A stretch of DNA of 56,072 nt, taken from assembly GCF_001194135.2 (NCBI RefSeq), contig NC_068984.1, positions 74,202,575 to 74,258,646 of the forward strand. The letters are read 5' to 3'. This document shows, piece after piece, positions 24,123 to 36,601 of this stretch. Numbering within the stretch: position 1 is the stretch's first letter; each line of letters starts with the position of its first letter. Source of the stretch: Octopus bimaculoides. Lineage: Eukaryota. The notes beneath the pieces are model-generated. The model searched no databases. It was given only the letters and a program-made list of their open reading frames with translations, and had not been told where the DNA came from. Position numbers and translations under genes: made by a program.

Positions 24123-24649
24123 ATGTATGTATGTATTGATGTATGTATGTTTGTATTGGCAATACTCGTTGAAATTCCACGGTTATTTTGAAATCTAGAA
24201 GGTAACTGAAAGTTTAGAACGAGCCACCGAAATACATAATTTCTTTTGAAATTGTATGTTTTCTGAAACAAATGAATGAAAGGACAGTGTAAAAATTCAC
24301 ATAACTTCAATTGAAGGTGCAGTCTTAGGAGAGAACATCTGTGAAAATTATATTCTTTGTTATACACTTACCACTTCTAGCTTGAGAATTGTTACGTATT
24401 ATTAGTTTTTACTTTTACATCAAGCAGTAAACAATCTTAACTATGGAGCAAAATGAAAGACATTCTATGCAAAGTCATATCCTCCGTCGGTGTGGTTGCC
24501 CCGCTAAAGCTTTTAAATAATGATATGCTATATTACATCCTGATCCTCATATCGGAGAACAGTTAACATTGCTATGCGTAGAAGAAGTCCCAGTGAACGA
24601 AGTATTGTCTTCTCACTTAGCGAAAAAGATTTTTTTAATTCGTACGGAG

Positions 24650-24957
24650 ACACGTGGCCTTGTGATAAGAGCAACAGATTCGCGGTCGAGGGATCGCGAG
24701 TTCGAATTTCGGATTGGGCGGTGTGTGTGTGTTTATGAGCGAAACGCCTAAGCTCCACGTGGTTCCGTCAGAAGGCAATGGCGAAATTCTGCTGACTCTT
24801 ACACCACAACTTTCTCTCACTATTTCCTCCTGCATCTAGCAGATCACCTGCGACGGACCGGCGTCCCGTCCAGGTGGGGAACCTATACGCCAATGAAACC
24901 GGGAAACCGGCCCTTATGAGCCAGGCATGACTCGAGAAGGAACAAGCAACAACGTAA
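24650..24957 (+). mobile_element. SINE-C variant with a V-domain-like 3-prime module
   Basis: tRNA head shared with the 40044 and 41815 copies, then cctgcgacggaccggcgtcccgtccagg...gaaaccgggaaaccggccc.tatgagcc, which resembles the V-SINE central domain (from recall); ends in a caacaac tail. Confidence 0.6.
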
Positions 24958-25067
24958 TAATCTGTTTAAAATGTTAAAGAAGTGATTTTTAATTCTCAAA
25001 CGCAGGATAATGCTAATAATATAGCCTGAACAGGATAAACTACCCCTATTTTGCAGAAAAATAGTGT

Positions 25068-25130
25068 AGACTGAACCCGGAACTATGTGGTTGGTAATCA
25101 TGCAACTTACCACACAGCCACTCCTGCGCC
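25068..25130 (-). mobile_element. SINE-B 5-prime head only
   Basis: gactgaacccggaactatgtggttggt...cttaccacacagccactcctgcgcc. Confidence 0.8.
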
Positions 25131-25599
25131 NNNNNNNNNNNNNNNNNNNNNNNNNNNNNNNNNNNNNNNNNNNNNNNNNNNNNNNNNNNNNNNNNNNNNN
25201 NNNNNNNNNNNNNNNNNNNNNNNNNNNNNNNNNNNNNNNNNNNNNNNNNNNNNNNNNNNNNNNNNNNNNNNNNNNNNNNNNNNNNNNNNNNNNNNNNNNN
25301 NNNNNNNNNNNNNNNNNNNTGTATGCATGTATGTATGTATATCGCGTACTGTCAGTACAGCTATCAAATGCAAACCACGTGGTGGCCTTTACAAGAAACT
25401 GTCTCTCCTGTCATAGCGTAACCAATGATTTCCCATGCTCGCGGCCATTTTGAGTCTGCCGAGTCGTCTATAAAGCTAAGCTTTTTATAGATGCGAGACC
25501 ATTGGTCACTCTATGACCAGCCATATACTAAACTTTCTGTAAATACATTGCTGCTCTAACTTTTAGTGTGCTTCTTCTCAGATATTTGAGCCACTGACA

Positions 25600-25649
<50 letters not shown>

Positions 25650-26089
25650 ACTACTCCTTTACTCTTTTATTAGTTTCATTAATTAGGCACCGATCATGCT
25701 TGAGCACGGTGTTGAAATATTCTTATTTGATTATATCGACTCTAATATAGGTCCAGCACTGATCTTCCGGTCACGAATGAGCACCACCTTTTATAATCAA
25801 TACAAAATTATGTGCGGACACTTGAATCTTTGGTAACCGCAATTAATAACTCTTTTTGTTGTTGTTTTTGTTGTTACTAAGCTAACAAGACACATTTGTT
25901 TTTTCATTTGTAATGTACCTTTAAGACAGATACACTCTTCTTACAATTGACTCCCATATTATGAATAAGCTATTATTTAGAAATAAATTTAATACCACGT
26001 GCTAATATCCTAAAACACTCTCTTTCTGAAGAGCAAGTGAATATATTACTTATCTGAACTGCATAGATAACAGTGTCCTGTGCTAACAC

Positions 26090-26149
<60 letters not shown>

Positions 26150-26154
26150 GTCTG

Positions 26155-26196
<42 letters not shown>

Positions 26197-26197
26197 C

Positions 26198-26291
<94 letters not shown>

Positions 26292-26314
26292 ATATCTATC
26301 TACCTATTCTTTTA

Positions 26315-26690
26315 TTTGTTTCAGTCATTTGACTGAGGCCATGCTGGAGCAGCGCTTTTTGTCGAGCGAATCGACCCCAGTACCTATTCTTTGTAAGCCT
26401 AGTACTCATTCGTAGGTATTTTGCCGAACCGCTAAGTTAGAAGGACGTAAATATACCATCATCAAGCGATGTTGGGGGGAACAAACACAGACATACAAAC
26501 ATATACACACACATACATATATATATGACGGTCTTTCACTTTCCGTCTACCAAATCCACACAGAAGGCTTTGGTCATCCCGAGGCTGTAGTAGAAGACAC
26601 TTGCCCAGGGTACCACGCAGTGGGACTGAACCCGGAACCATGTGGTCAGTAAGCAAGCAACTTACCACACAGCCACTTCTGCACCTACAC
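26315..26690 (-). mobile_element. SINE-B full copy
   Basis: tttcagtcatttgactgaggccatgctggagca...ttccgtctaccaaatccac...gaagacacttgccc...gggactgaacccggaacc. Confidence 0.88.
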
Positions 26691-27059
26691 ACANNNNNNN
26701 NNNNNNNNNNNNNNNNNNNNNNNNNNNNNNNNNNNNNNNNNNNNNNNNNNNNNNNNNNNNNNNNNNNNNNNNNNNNNNNNNNNNNNNNNNNNNNNNNNNN
26801 NNNNNNNNNNNNNNNNNNNNNNNNNNNNNNNNNNNNNNNNNNNNNNNNNNNNNNNNNNNNNNNNNNNNNNNNNNNNNNNNNNNNNNNNNNNNNNNNNNNN
26901 NNNNNNNNNNNNNNNNNNNNNNNNNNNNNNNNNNNNNNNNNNNNNNNNNNNNNNNNNNNNNNNNNNNNNNNNNNNNNNNNNNNNNNNNNNNNNNNNNNNN
27001 NNNNNNNNNNNNNNNNNNNNNNNNNNNNNNNNNNNNNNNNNTTAGGTGGTAACAGTTCA

Positions 27060-27790
27060 AAGTGAATTACTCCTTTGCAATCCCACCAGATAGAGAAAAG
27101 AACCTTTTTCCTATGAAGTTCTCTTCTCGGTTGTGGCTGAGCTTTTTCCCTTTTACCAAGCCACTGCTTACGACGTTTAACATTTCAATAGAAGATCCAT
27201 TTTTCATCACCAGTCACAAGTTTATCCAAAAAGGGTGAAATGAATTCGCGATAATGGAGAGAAGAGTAGATGTCAACTCGGGATTTGCGGTTGCTTTCGG
27301 ACATTCATGAGTTTAGGAACCTTTCCAAGTTGTTAAAGATGACAATGAACAGTTGTATGGTTTGAACTAAGCTTTATTGCGAATTCTTCAACTGATAATG
27401 CAGGATTTTCTTCAAGTAATGCCTCAAGGGGCTTATCAAACTCAACTGGACGTCCTGTTCGATCTTCATCTTCGAGGCTGAAATCTCCACTTCTGAATTT
27501 TGCAAACCATCTTCTGCAAGTTCTTTCATTCAAGCATTCTTTCTCATAAACTGAGTGTATGTTTCGAGTCGCCTCGACTGCAGAGTTTCCTTTTCTTTTT
27601 CTTTTTTTGTACTCATAAAGCATTATGTGCCTTAAATGCTCTTTGGATATTTCCATGTTAGAAAGGGTTTTAATCAAAGAAATTTTAATTCTATTATTCT
27701 GTAAAATAATATTTAATTAGTTTAAATGTTCACAAATGCATGAAAATAATTTTTAAATCGTAATTGTCATTTCATATAACCGGTTATTGA
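27060..27790 (-). mobile_element. Mariner (Mos1-like) transposase remnant, N-terminal HTH region plus decayed catalytic start
   Basis: HLRHIMLYEYKK...GNSAVEATRNIHSVY...ERTCRRWFAKFRSGDFSLEDEDRTGRP is a typical mariner HTH; downstream frames are broken. Confidence 0.88.
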
Positions 27791-27908
27791 AAAGACCGTT
27801 AGTTGAAAGACCCAAGACACAAAACCATTTTCAAATGTGTATCTATGAACATAATTGTGTATTTATGCATATAACCATATTTTGTTCCATTCTCAACCAA
27901 AACTAAAA

Positions 27909-27937
27909 CTGTCCGACGAACGGGAACGTGAAAGTCG
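27909..27937 (+). ncRNA. Truncated copy of the hammerhead-like motif seen at 28808-28844
   Basis: ctgt CCGACGA ACGGGAACGT GAAA, with stem III and the cleavage site not retained. Confidence 0.4.
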
Positions 27938-28772
27938 TTTTTGCGCTGTCTTTGCAGCTTTATTCTTAAAGTGTGTGTATATATATATATATCAGTATTT
28001 GTGCATTGTGTGTGCATGCGCTTATTTATATATTATTTATGTTTCAGTTAGCAACAACAGTTATCATTTATTGAAAAAGGACGTAGGCGCACGCAAAAAT
28101 GAATTTCTTCAATATACATGTACGAATACACCCATATATATATGTATGTGTGTGTGTGTGTGTGTTTGTAGGCTGTTAGCATGTGGTATTAAATTTATTT
28201 TTAAATGATAGCATATTCGTAATATGGGAGTCAATTGTAAGAAGAGTGTATCTGCCTTAAAATGAAAAAACAAATGTGTGCCGTTATCTTAGTAGCAACA
28301 ACAACAACTACAACAAAAATAGTTATTAATTGCAGTCACCAAAACTTTAAGTGGTCGCACATAATTTTGCACAGACTATAAAGGGTTCTGTTCATTCGTT
28401 ACCGGAAAATCAATACTGGACCGATAATAGAGTCGACATTGTCGAATGAAAATATTTCAACACCGTGCTCAAGCATGATCGGTGTCTAATTAATGAAACT
28501 AATAGAAGAGTATATACGATATACATACATATTCATGTACAAGTTGCGTTCGATTAAGTGACCAATACTCCTTCTAGAATCTAGAGGAAATTTTCTTTTT
28601 GACCATTTGTGTTTCAAAATGCTGTACATATCTGTGCACGTGTGTATATTTATATATGTGTGTGTGTGTGTATTTATATATATATATATATATATATATA
28701 CCGGAGTAAGCATATAAAATGTGCAACAAGGTGGAAAAAATAGTACTCAAATACCAGAGGTAGAGTAATATT

Positions 28773-28866
28773 CTTTATTTAAAAGCAGCAGAAATATAAC
28801 AAAAGATTGTTACTCGGAGTTTCACGTTCCCGTTCATCGGACAGTTTCTGCTGCTTTTAAATAAAG
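28773..28866 (-). ncRNA. Minimal type I hammerhead-ribozyme-like motif (U4C core) enclosed by a perfect 22-bp inverted repeat
   Basis: Minus strand: (c)tgt CCGATGA ACG-GGAA-CGT GAAA CTC-C-GAG TA aca. Flanks ctttatttaaaagcagcagaaa (28773-28794) and its exact reverse complement (28845-28866). Confidence 0.55.
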
Positions 28867-29745
28867 CATATATATGTATATATATATNNNNNNNNNNNNN
28901 NNNNNNNNNNNNNNNNNNNNNNNNNNNNNNNNNNNNNNNNNNNNNNNNNNNNNNNNNNNNNNNNNNNNNNNNNNNNNNNNNNNNNNNNNNNNNNNNNNNN
29001 NNNNNNNNNNNNNNNNNNNNNNNNNNNNNNNNNNNNNNNNNNNNNNNNNNNNNNNNNNNNNNNNNNNNNNNNNNNNNNNNNNNNNNNNNNNNNNNNNNNN
29101 NNNNNNNNNNNNNNNNNNNNNNNNNNNNNNNNNNNNNNNNNNNNNNNNNNNNNNNNNNNNNNNNNNNNNNNNNNNNNNNNNNNNNNNNNNNNNNNNNNNN
29201 NNNNNNNNNNNNNNNNNNNNNNNNNNNNNNNNNNNNNNNNNNNNNNNNNNNNNNNNNNNNNNNNNNNNNNNNNNNNNNNNNNNNNNNNNNNNNNNNNNNN
29301 NNNNNNNNNNNNNNNNNNNNNNNNNNNNNNNNNNNNNNNNNNNNNNNNNNNNNNNNNNNNNNNNNNNNNNNNNNNNNNNNNNNNNNNNNNNNNNNNNNNN
29401 NNNNNNNNNNNNNNNNNNNNNNNNNNNNNNNNNNNNNNNNNNNNNNNNNNNNNNNNNNNNNNNNNNNNNNNNNNNNNNNNNNNNNNNNNNNNNNNNNNNN
29501 NNNNNNNNNNNNNNNNNNNNNNNNNNNNNNNNNNNNNNNNNNNNNNNNNNNNNNNNNNNNNNNNNNGAATTTAGCCCGTCTCATTTCGATCTAATTATTA
29601 CAACTCCTGTGTGTTTAATATTATATTTTTCTCTGTACACGTATTTGTTCTATTCATATTCTTTATTCACAGTGTTTCTATGACCATAATTCTGTATACA
29701 TATTTCTTTTCCCTAATGTTTTTTTGTTTTTTTGTGAAAATAAGA

Positions 29746-29950
29746 CGGCGAGCTGGCAGAGACGTTGGCACCACGGGCGAAATGCTTAGTAGTATTTCGT
29801 CTGTCTTTACGTTCTAAGTTCAACTTCCGCCGAGGTGGACTTTCAGGATCGATAAATTAAGTACCAGCTGCGTTCTGGGGTCGATCTAACTGATTCCCCC
29901 CCCCCCTCCACCAAAATTTCGGACCTCGTGCCTAGAGTAGAAAAGAATGT
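29746..29950 (+). mobile_element. SINE-A copy
   Basis: cggcgagctggcagagacgttggcacc...gataaattaagtaccag...gtgcctagagtagaaaagaat. Confidence 0.8.
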
Positions 29951-30904
29951 TTTTGCGATCAAGTTTTTACTGTGTCTCTGTGTTTATGATCGATTCTTTA
30001 TTTTAAACCAATTTCCCTATCTATTGTAAACTTTCTAATGGCTGCTATATGGCGTTTCATTACGTACACATATACTTATGAATCGTTTAGTTTTCTTTTC
30101 TTTTTCTTTTCTCCCTTGTATTGAATTCAGGCTAAATTTCTGAATTTATTTGCATCTTAATTCAAATTTTTATCACGTATAATACTTTATTTCCAATAAT
30201 GTTTTTCTGATTTTCTGCATTTTTTAATACCCGTTTCAACCAGTATAGATGATTTACACTATTCACTTTTTTTTTTATTAGACTCACCTCTGTTTTTCTA
30301 TGTTTTTTTGTTACGGTCAAACGTTTGAGTGTGTTTGTGCATGCGTATGCATAGAAGACGGTAATTTCTAAGTGAAAGTGAAAATGTTTCTGTATGCGAG
30401 GAAGTCTAACGACTAAAAGTTGTAGAAATATTCGTGAATTTGTTGACTCTACGATATCTTGCATTGATTTCATTTAGTGTCCGGAGCTGAAGAATTGAAG
30501 CGAATGCGTCATCATCTGCCTATATCTCTACAGCTTGCAACAGAATGGACTCTGCGAAAGGTATCCTGCTTCTGCGTGCTACTGCTTCTCAAATACAGTA
30601 CAATCGATAGGCTTATGCACAAGCAAGGACTGGAATAGCTGAACTTCCTGTTTATCAGAGTTGACTATGTATCTGCAACTGGAAAATTTCTCTCCAAGGC
30701 GCAAGTTTAGGTCTTTATATTTTTCATACAGAAGACCAGCAGTTGCTAATCAAGCAGTTTTGTCCCCTCCCCACGCCGGCAACATTGTGCAAGGGAAAAA
30801 CAAGAGCGGCTCCAGCTTGACATCTGGGTCGTCACAAGCGATTTCAGATCGTAAACAACCGGAAAAAACATGCCAAACAGAATTTTATCAGAGGTTCTAA
30901 TAAT

Positions 30905-31140
30905 TCATCCTGACTTAGGATGAAATATTATTTTATCGACCCCGGAAGGATAAAAGTTATATTTGATTCTGGGGCAATTTGAACTCATACTTAGAGGTGG
31001 AAGAAATATTCCACAAAGAATTTTGTCAGACGCCCCAACAATTCAGTTCAACTTAGACTGGAATTTTATCTATCTGAGTTCAAATCACACCGAACCGATT
31101 TGAATTTAGACCGTAAAGGGCTAGGACAAATATACAGCAA
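30905..31140 (-). mobile_element. Diverged SINE-A material
   Basis: tttatcgaccccggaaggataaaag...aatttgaactc. Confidence 0.55.
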
Positions 31141-32652
31141 AGCATTTGGTTCGATAGTCTTACGAATCTGCCAATATATCGCCTTCACTAACACAAGGTG
31201 TTGATAAATATTGTATGAATTTTAATAGCAGCCGATTTATATTCACTATAAAGCAAGAATTTGGGTTGCTGTCTTAACCTCTTGTCGACCCTTGTGGCAC
31301 CAATAGTATGACCTTGAATATTTTTAGAGAAATCGGCTACGTTTGTAAGCATCTGGTTTGAGAATAATTTCTTCCTGTCTTCTCATCGCAACCAGAAATT
31401 CTAAAATGGGTTATGGGCGTGCTACTTCTTCCACCGATGAAGCTATTAAAAATAAGAAGGGGCAAACTTCCGGTTAGCAGTGCATTTTTGAATCAAGCAG
31501 TAACGCTCGAGTAAACAGGACATCCTCAGATGATATCCACTTCTCTTCGGCCCCACCTATCCTTCGACACACATATATACAAAGATGCACACTCATACGT
31601 ACATACATACATACATACATACATGCATACATGCATGCATACGTACATACACATTTGTATCCGTTGCAGCTATCATTATCGAGAATAAAGATTCCCATAC
31701 CATCACCGCTATCACCACTACCGCTCCCACAGCCCTAACAAACAACAATGAGATTTTAACACCCCCGCTGCCCGCTTACCACTATTATGACCGTCGTTAC
31801 TAGCACCACCGCTACCATCATCAACTTTCCACCAGTAGCACCAAAACCAGCAACAGCACCGACAGTACCACCAATACCACCACCAAAACGACCAACGGTA
31901 GCAGCATAAATCAGCCGTAACAGCTTAAATCGGCAGTACCACTAACCATCATTACCATTAGCAACATGCTTATCATGAGTCAATGGGGAAGGCCTCTATG
32001 CAAGCGCTTGACCTGCTAGAAAAAGCAGTTAAATTTACCGCAAATCAAATCCTGCCGTTCTTATAGAGGGACTCATTGTATATTATAGATGTCAATGTAA
32101 TATTAATGACATGTAGGGACGCGGTATTTCGTTATGGAACCATAATATACTATAAACTATATTAAACGTTTTCCTTTTTATAAGTCAATACCGTGTACTA
32201 CTGTGTTAGCAGTGCGCGTTAACATCACTTATTGAGATAATCTCTACCGATATGCTATAGAAACTATAGGCGGCACTGATTTTTGCTTCGGCGTTTCGTA
32301 TACGAGACGTCAGATGTAAACAAACAATGAGATCGAAGACGAAAAGATGGTAACGGGCGTAATATGTCTCAAATATATAAAGCTTACTTTGACTACTATG
32401 CTTTTGATTATTAGTCGTCTCTGCCAGAGCAGAACTATCGCTAAGATACAAAACTCATCCTCACTGCTATCTACATAAGAAAATGGTCCGAATGAGTGAA
32501 CTCTGAAGCAGTAGTTTGCCTGCTAGAATTTGTAAATAGCGTGTATGTAATTCTGAGTCTAGTTCAGTTGCTCTCATCCAATTTTTGCCTTTGGACCCCC
32601 TTGATTCCTATTTGACCCCACGAGACCTTCATAGCCATTCGATATAATAATA

Positions 32653-32739
<87 letters not shown>

Positions 32740-32741
<2 letters not shown>

Positions 32742-33648
32742 TTTGTTATTCATGGATGACCTCAAACTTTATGGTAAAAATGAAGCCCAAGTCAGTTTCC
32801 TCGTTGATATGGTGTATACCTTCAGTGTTGATATCGGAATGGAGTTCGGACTGAGAAAGTGTGGTGTGTTAGTCTTGAAGAGAGGCAAAATCAAATGTAT
32901 GGACGGGCTAACGATGCCGTTGGGGGAGGTTATGAAACAGATAGAAGAGACTGGCTATAAGTACTTGGGAATTTTGGAAATGGATAAATTGATGGAGAAA
33001 GAAATGACAGAAAAATTTAAGGTGGAGTACTTGCGCAGACTGTGACTGATTCTTAAGACGAAATTAAATGGACGGAATAAGATCGAAGCTATCAACACAT
33101 GGGGGATTTCACTCATTAGATATGGAGCATGGATAGTAGACGAACTAAACAGCTAAGACGGAAAGACAAAGAAGTTGCTAACTACATATTCTCAGGTCCG
33201 TCCTCCATTTCACCATACTTTTTCTAAGTAATCGCTCAACATTCGAGAATAGGAAGCCGAACACAGTCTTTATTGAGAAAGAAAACAAACTATGCTGGAT
33301 CATGGATATAGCATGCCCAGCTGACAACAAGGTTTGCGATAAAGAAGAAAGAAATGTCGAGAGATATGACAGGTTAGCTTGGGAAGTTAAGCAGTTGTGG
33401 TCGATGGAAAAGGTAGCAGTAGTACCAATGATTGTCGGAGCCCTGGGAACAGTGAGAAAAAGTCTCGAGAAGTACGTGGAACAAATAGGGGCTGCAATAA
33501 GGGTGGAGCACTTGCAGAAGACAGTACTGCTTTGAACCGCTCGAATACTCTGGAAGGTGCTCGAAAAATAAAGTGTGTTTCTTTAGTTCACTGGTAGTGA
33601 ACAGCTGTCACCGTAGTACATCTCCAGCGTTAGAAGCTGTGCAAAGGC
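32740..33648 (+). mobile_element. R4/Dong-clade non-LTR retrotransposon, 5-prime truncated and internally deleted, embedded in (TAA)n
   Basis: LLFMDDLKLYGK...DIGMEFGLRKC...YKYLGILE (RT) and MDIACP...Y..LAWEV..LW....VVPMIVGALG (REL endonuclease). Flanked by (ATA)n(ATG)n at 32644-32740 and (TAA)n at 33649-33746. Confidence 0.88.
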
Positions 33649-33748
<100 letters not shown>

Positions 33749-34131
33749 TGTAGCAACAAAAGAATGAGACCTCTATATTAGAGAAATAGAGGATTATTTA
33801 TAAATGTTATAGTTTAGAACAAACATTCGAAGTTTATATAGAGGACTGGGCGAGAGGTGATGGTAAAAGAAACCATATTTAATGGAAGAGATACCAAATT
33901 GAACCGATGCAGAGCATTCAGATGCTTTAAATCGAAAATAATCATAAAAAAGATCTTGGTTTCATAGAATAATCAGCACCTGATGAACGTGCTTGTCATG
34001 TACGTGAAACTATTAATAACACGTGTAATACAAATGGCGTGAAAAGCACGCATTAATATTGGACTCTCATTAGATAGATTACTCTTCTTGTTGACGTTTT
34101 CACGCAGACCAATGTATGAGACTGACGTATA

Positions 34132-34183
<52 letters not shown>

Positions 34184-34443
34184 TTTGTGTATCTTTATTA
34201 GAGTAAAGACAGAAATATGTAATGACCATTATTTATACCTTTCTTATATACCAGTCTGTGTAAAAACCAGTTGACAGGCGCCCAACCACGGATTTACAAT
34301 ATAGAATTGTGATGAACCATTAACTCGGACCCTGCCATAAGAATATTGGAGTTCTTCACAAATCTAAACAATATTGTTAACCTGGTGTGCCAACAGAAAG
34401 CTTATAAAGTATTTTGCCCGGATTGATAATCCTTCATTATTAG

Positions 34444-34524
<81 letters not shown>

Positions 34525-34539
34525 AACTACTGTATCTTT

Positions 34540-34668
34540 ATAATTAAATGTTACTAGAGATTGTATAATTTTTAAAAAATTGTGCATTGTAGTAGTGTAA
34601 GCAAATTTTAATGACAAAATCTTACATGAGCCTCCAAGGGCCATACTGACCCCAGTTGAAAACCACTG
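34540..34668 (-). mobile_element. Possible hAT/Charlie-like transposon end
   Basis: Minus strand begins CAGTGGTTTTCAACTGGGGTC, like Charlie-type TIRs; no matching opposite end found. Confidence 0.4.
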
Positions 34669-36552
34669 GGTCAAGTTATCTCGACTAAATTTATATAGCC
34701 TCGTCAAGTAGAGGCGCTGTACTGACCCTCCGAGACTTCTGAAGCCGATAACAAGTATATTCATCGTAAACTTTTATCTGCAGCAAACGTGATTGGAGAA
34801 AGGTGTATACCCACATACTATTATTGCTTTCAATTTACGCTTTTTAGTCGTTTCTCTTTTAGCACCACAGTTGTAAATTGATAGATTCGTTACAGTGTGT
34901 TGAAGCTATTTTGTGGAATTTGTTCTGGCTGCTGAGTTCTGTGTTCAAATCCCTTCTAGGTCGACTTTGCGACTCGCTCTTTTAGGGACGATGAAATAAA
35001 TATCAGTCCAAAGCGGTGGATTGGCGGAAATATTAGCGCATTGAACGATATGCCTTGAAGTATTTGTTCCGGTGCTTCTTTGGGGTTTGAGTTCTTGAAC
35101 TACTCTGCCTTGTGTAGAATACTAAACTGCATCCATTGAGACTCTAGCTGGAGAGTTCAGAAGTTTTGGTGAGTACGAATTTACCCCTTGAAATCGCTAC
35201 TACCAGGTCCGGAATGATTTAAGTTGAAAAGACCTGTCAAGAGACAGACCCAAGTATGGATCAAAGTATGAACCTGAATGCTAACAAGCATACAAGTTCA
35301 TACGAAGTCAGTACCGATTTCATGAGCGACAAACGTTCTCAGGGGTGTAGACAAACTCTGATGTCAGGTGAACCAGTTTTGCGTCAAAGGGTGAGGTAAT
35401 CACTATGCTTCAAGAGTAGGCTCGGGAGAACAAGATGCAAGCAGAGTAAATTCTAACCGATGTTGCAGAAGTCAACAGGAAACAACTGCTACGTCTTTTC
35501 CAAGAAAAATCATGAATCTTTAGGCTCTGGTCCCACAATTGCTAAAACCTGTAGGCATCGTACATGACGGGAGAGAGGGGGAAGAGAGAGAGGAGAGGAG
35601 AAAGAGAGAGAGAGAAAGAGAGTTAATCTTGCGTTCGGAGTAATACCTTCTTCCGATCCTTCAATGCCTTTAATGGCGTTCAGTCTTGCAAGTATTGGCA
35701 ATAGGTCACCTATTTAAGAACAAACTTCATCTTTTCATTCTAACATTCTCGAAGGTTCCGAAAGCGTAGACAGTTATTGGCTTGTCTCTTCACAGCTAAA
35801 ATAAATATCAGACCTCATCAGAAACATCTCAGACATAAGGCTCGTGTCGTTTTTATTTTCGAGTATAGTGTACAGTGTGTAGGAATATACTATCAAATGA
35901 GTTCTTTTTAAAATTATAGGATGAAATTTAAGCAAGATTTAGCTTCTACTTCTAGCATATAAAAGCCACCTTAGAGCGGCTACTATCCTAGCACAATCTC
36001 TTTTCTGTGGATTCTAATTTCTTCAGGTAGTGTGTAGGCAAATGGATGGAAACTCGCTCAGAAACTCAGGACCAGATACACAACTTTATCCTCTACTATA
36101 ATAGTACAATAACCATGATAATAACAAACAATAAAAGCAACAACAACAATAAAACCATTATCAATGCCACCACTATAATCACGTCAACAGTGTCAGCTCA
36201 AATACCACGACAAGCTATTGAAACAACGCTACATTATCACCATTACCGCCGCCGTGGCCAACTTAAATCCTACTCAATTATCAAAGCTTCCCCTTATAAA
36301 CAAACATCCGACGGATAAGCAGTTGATACGACTGAATGAATACACACACATAACCATACATACACATAACCCCCCACAAACACACACGCACAAACACACA
36401 CACAAATACACACACGCATGACACAGTCAACAATAGAAACGCAATATATACATACATATATATGCATATATGCATACATGTATGTGTGGATACATAGATA
36501 TATATATATACATACATATATGTATATTATTATACATACATACATACATACA

Positions 36553-36601
<49 letters not shown>

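Larger units (their letters stand above)
25660..28512. repeat. Inverted duplication: arms 25660-26017 and 28161-28512
   Basis: Arms align in reverse complement over ~350 bp (caccgatcatgcttgagcacggtgttgaaatatt; cagatacactcttcttacaattgactcccatatta; aaataaatttaataccac), about 85% by eye. Confidence 0.9.

Noticed and set aside
24371-24440. Minus-strand segment with good acceptor (ttttgctccatag) and donor (G|GTAAGT)
   Set aside because: Stops in all three frames and no supporting neighbours; cannot be called coding, and a non-coding exon is unsupported.
32300-32416. Cluster of CRE-like, FOX (GTAAACAA), TATATAAAG and Inr-like motifs
   Set aside because: TATA-to-Inr spacing is about 37-39 nt and there is no downstream exon evidence; short AT-rich motifs are expected by chance.
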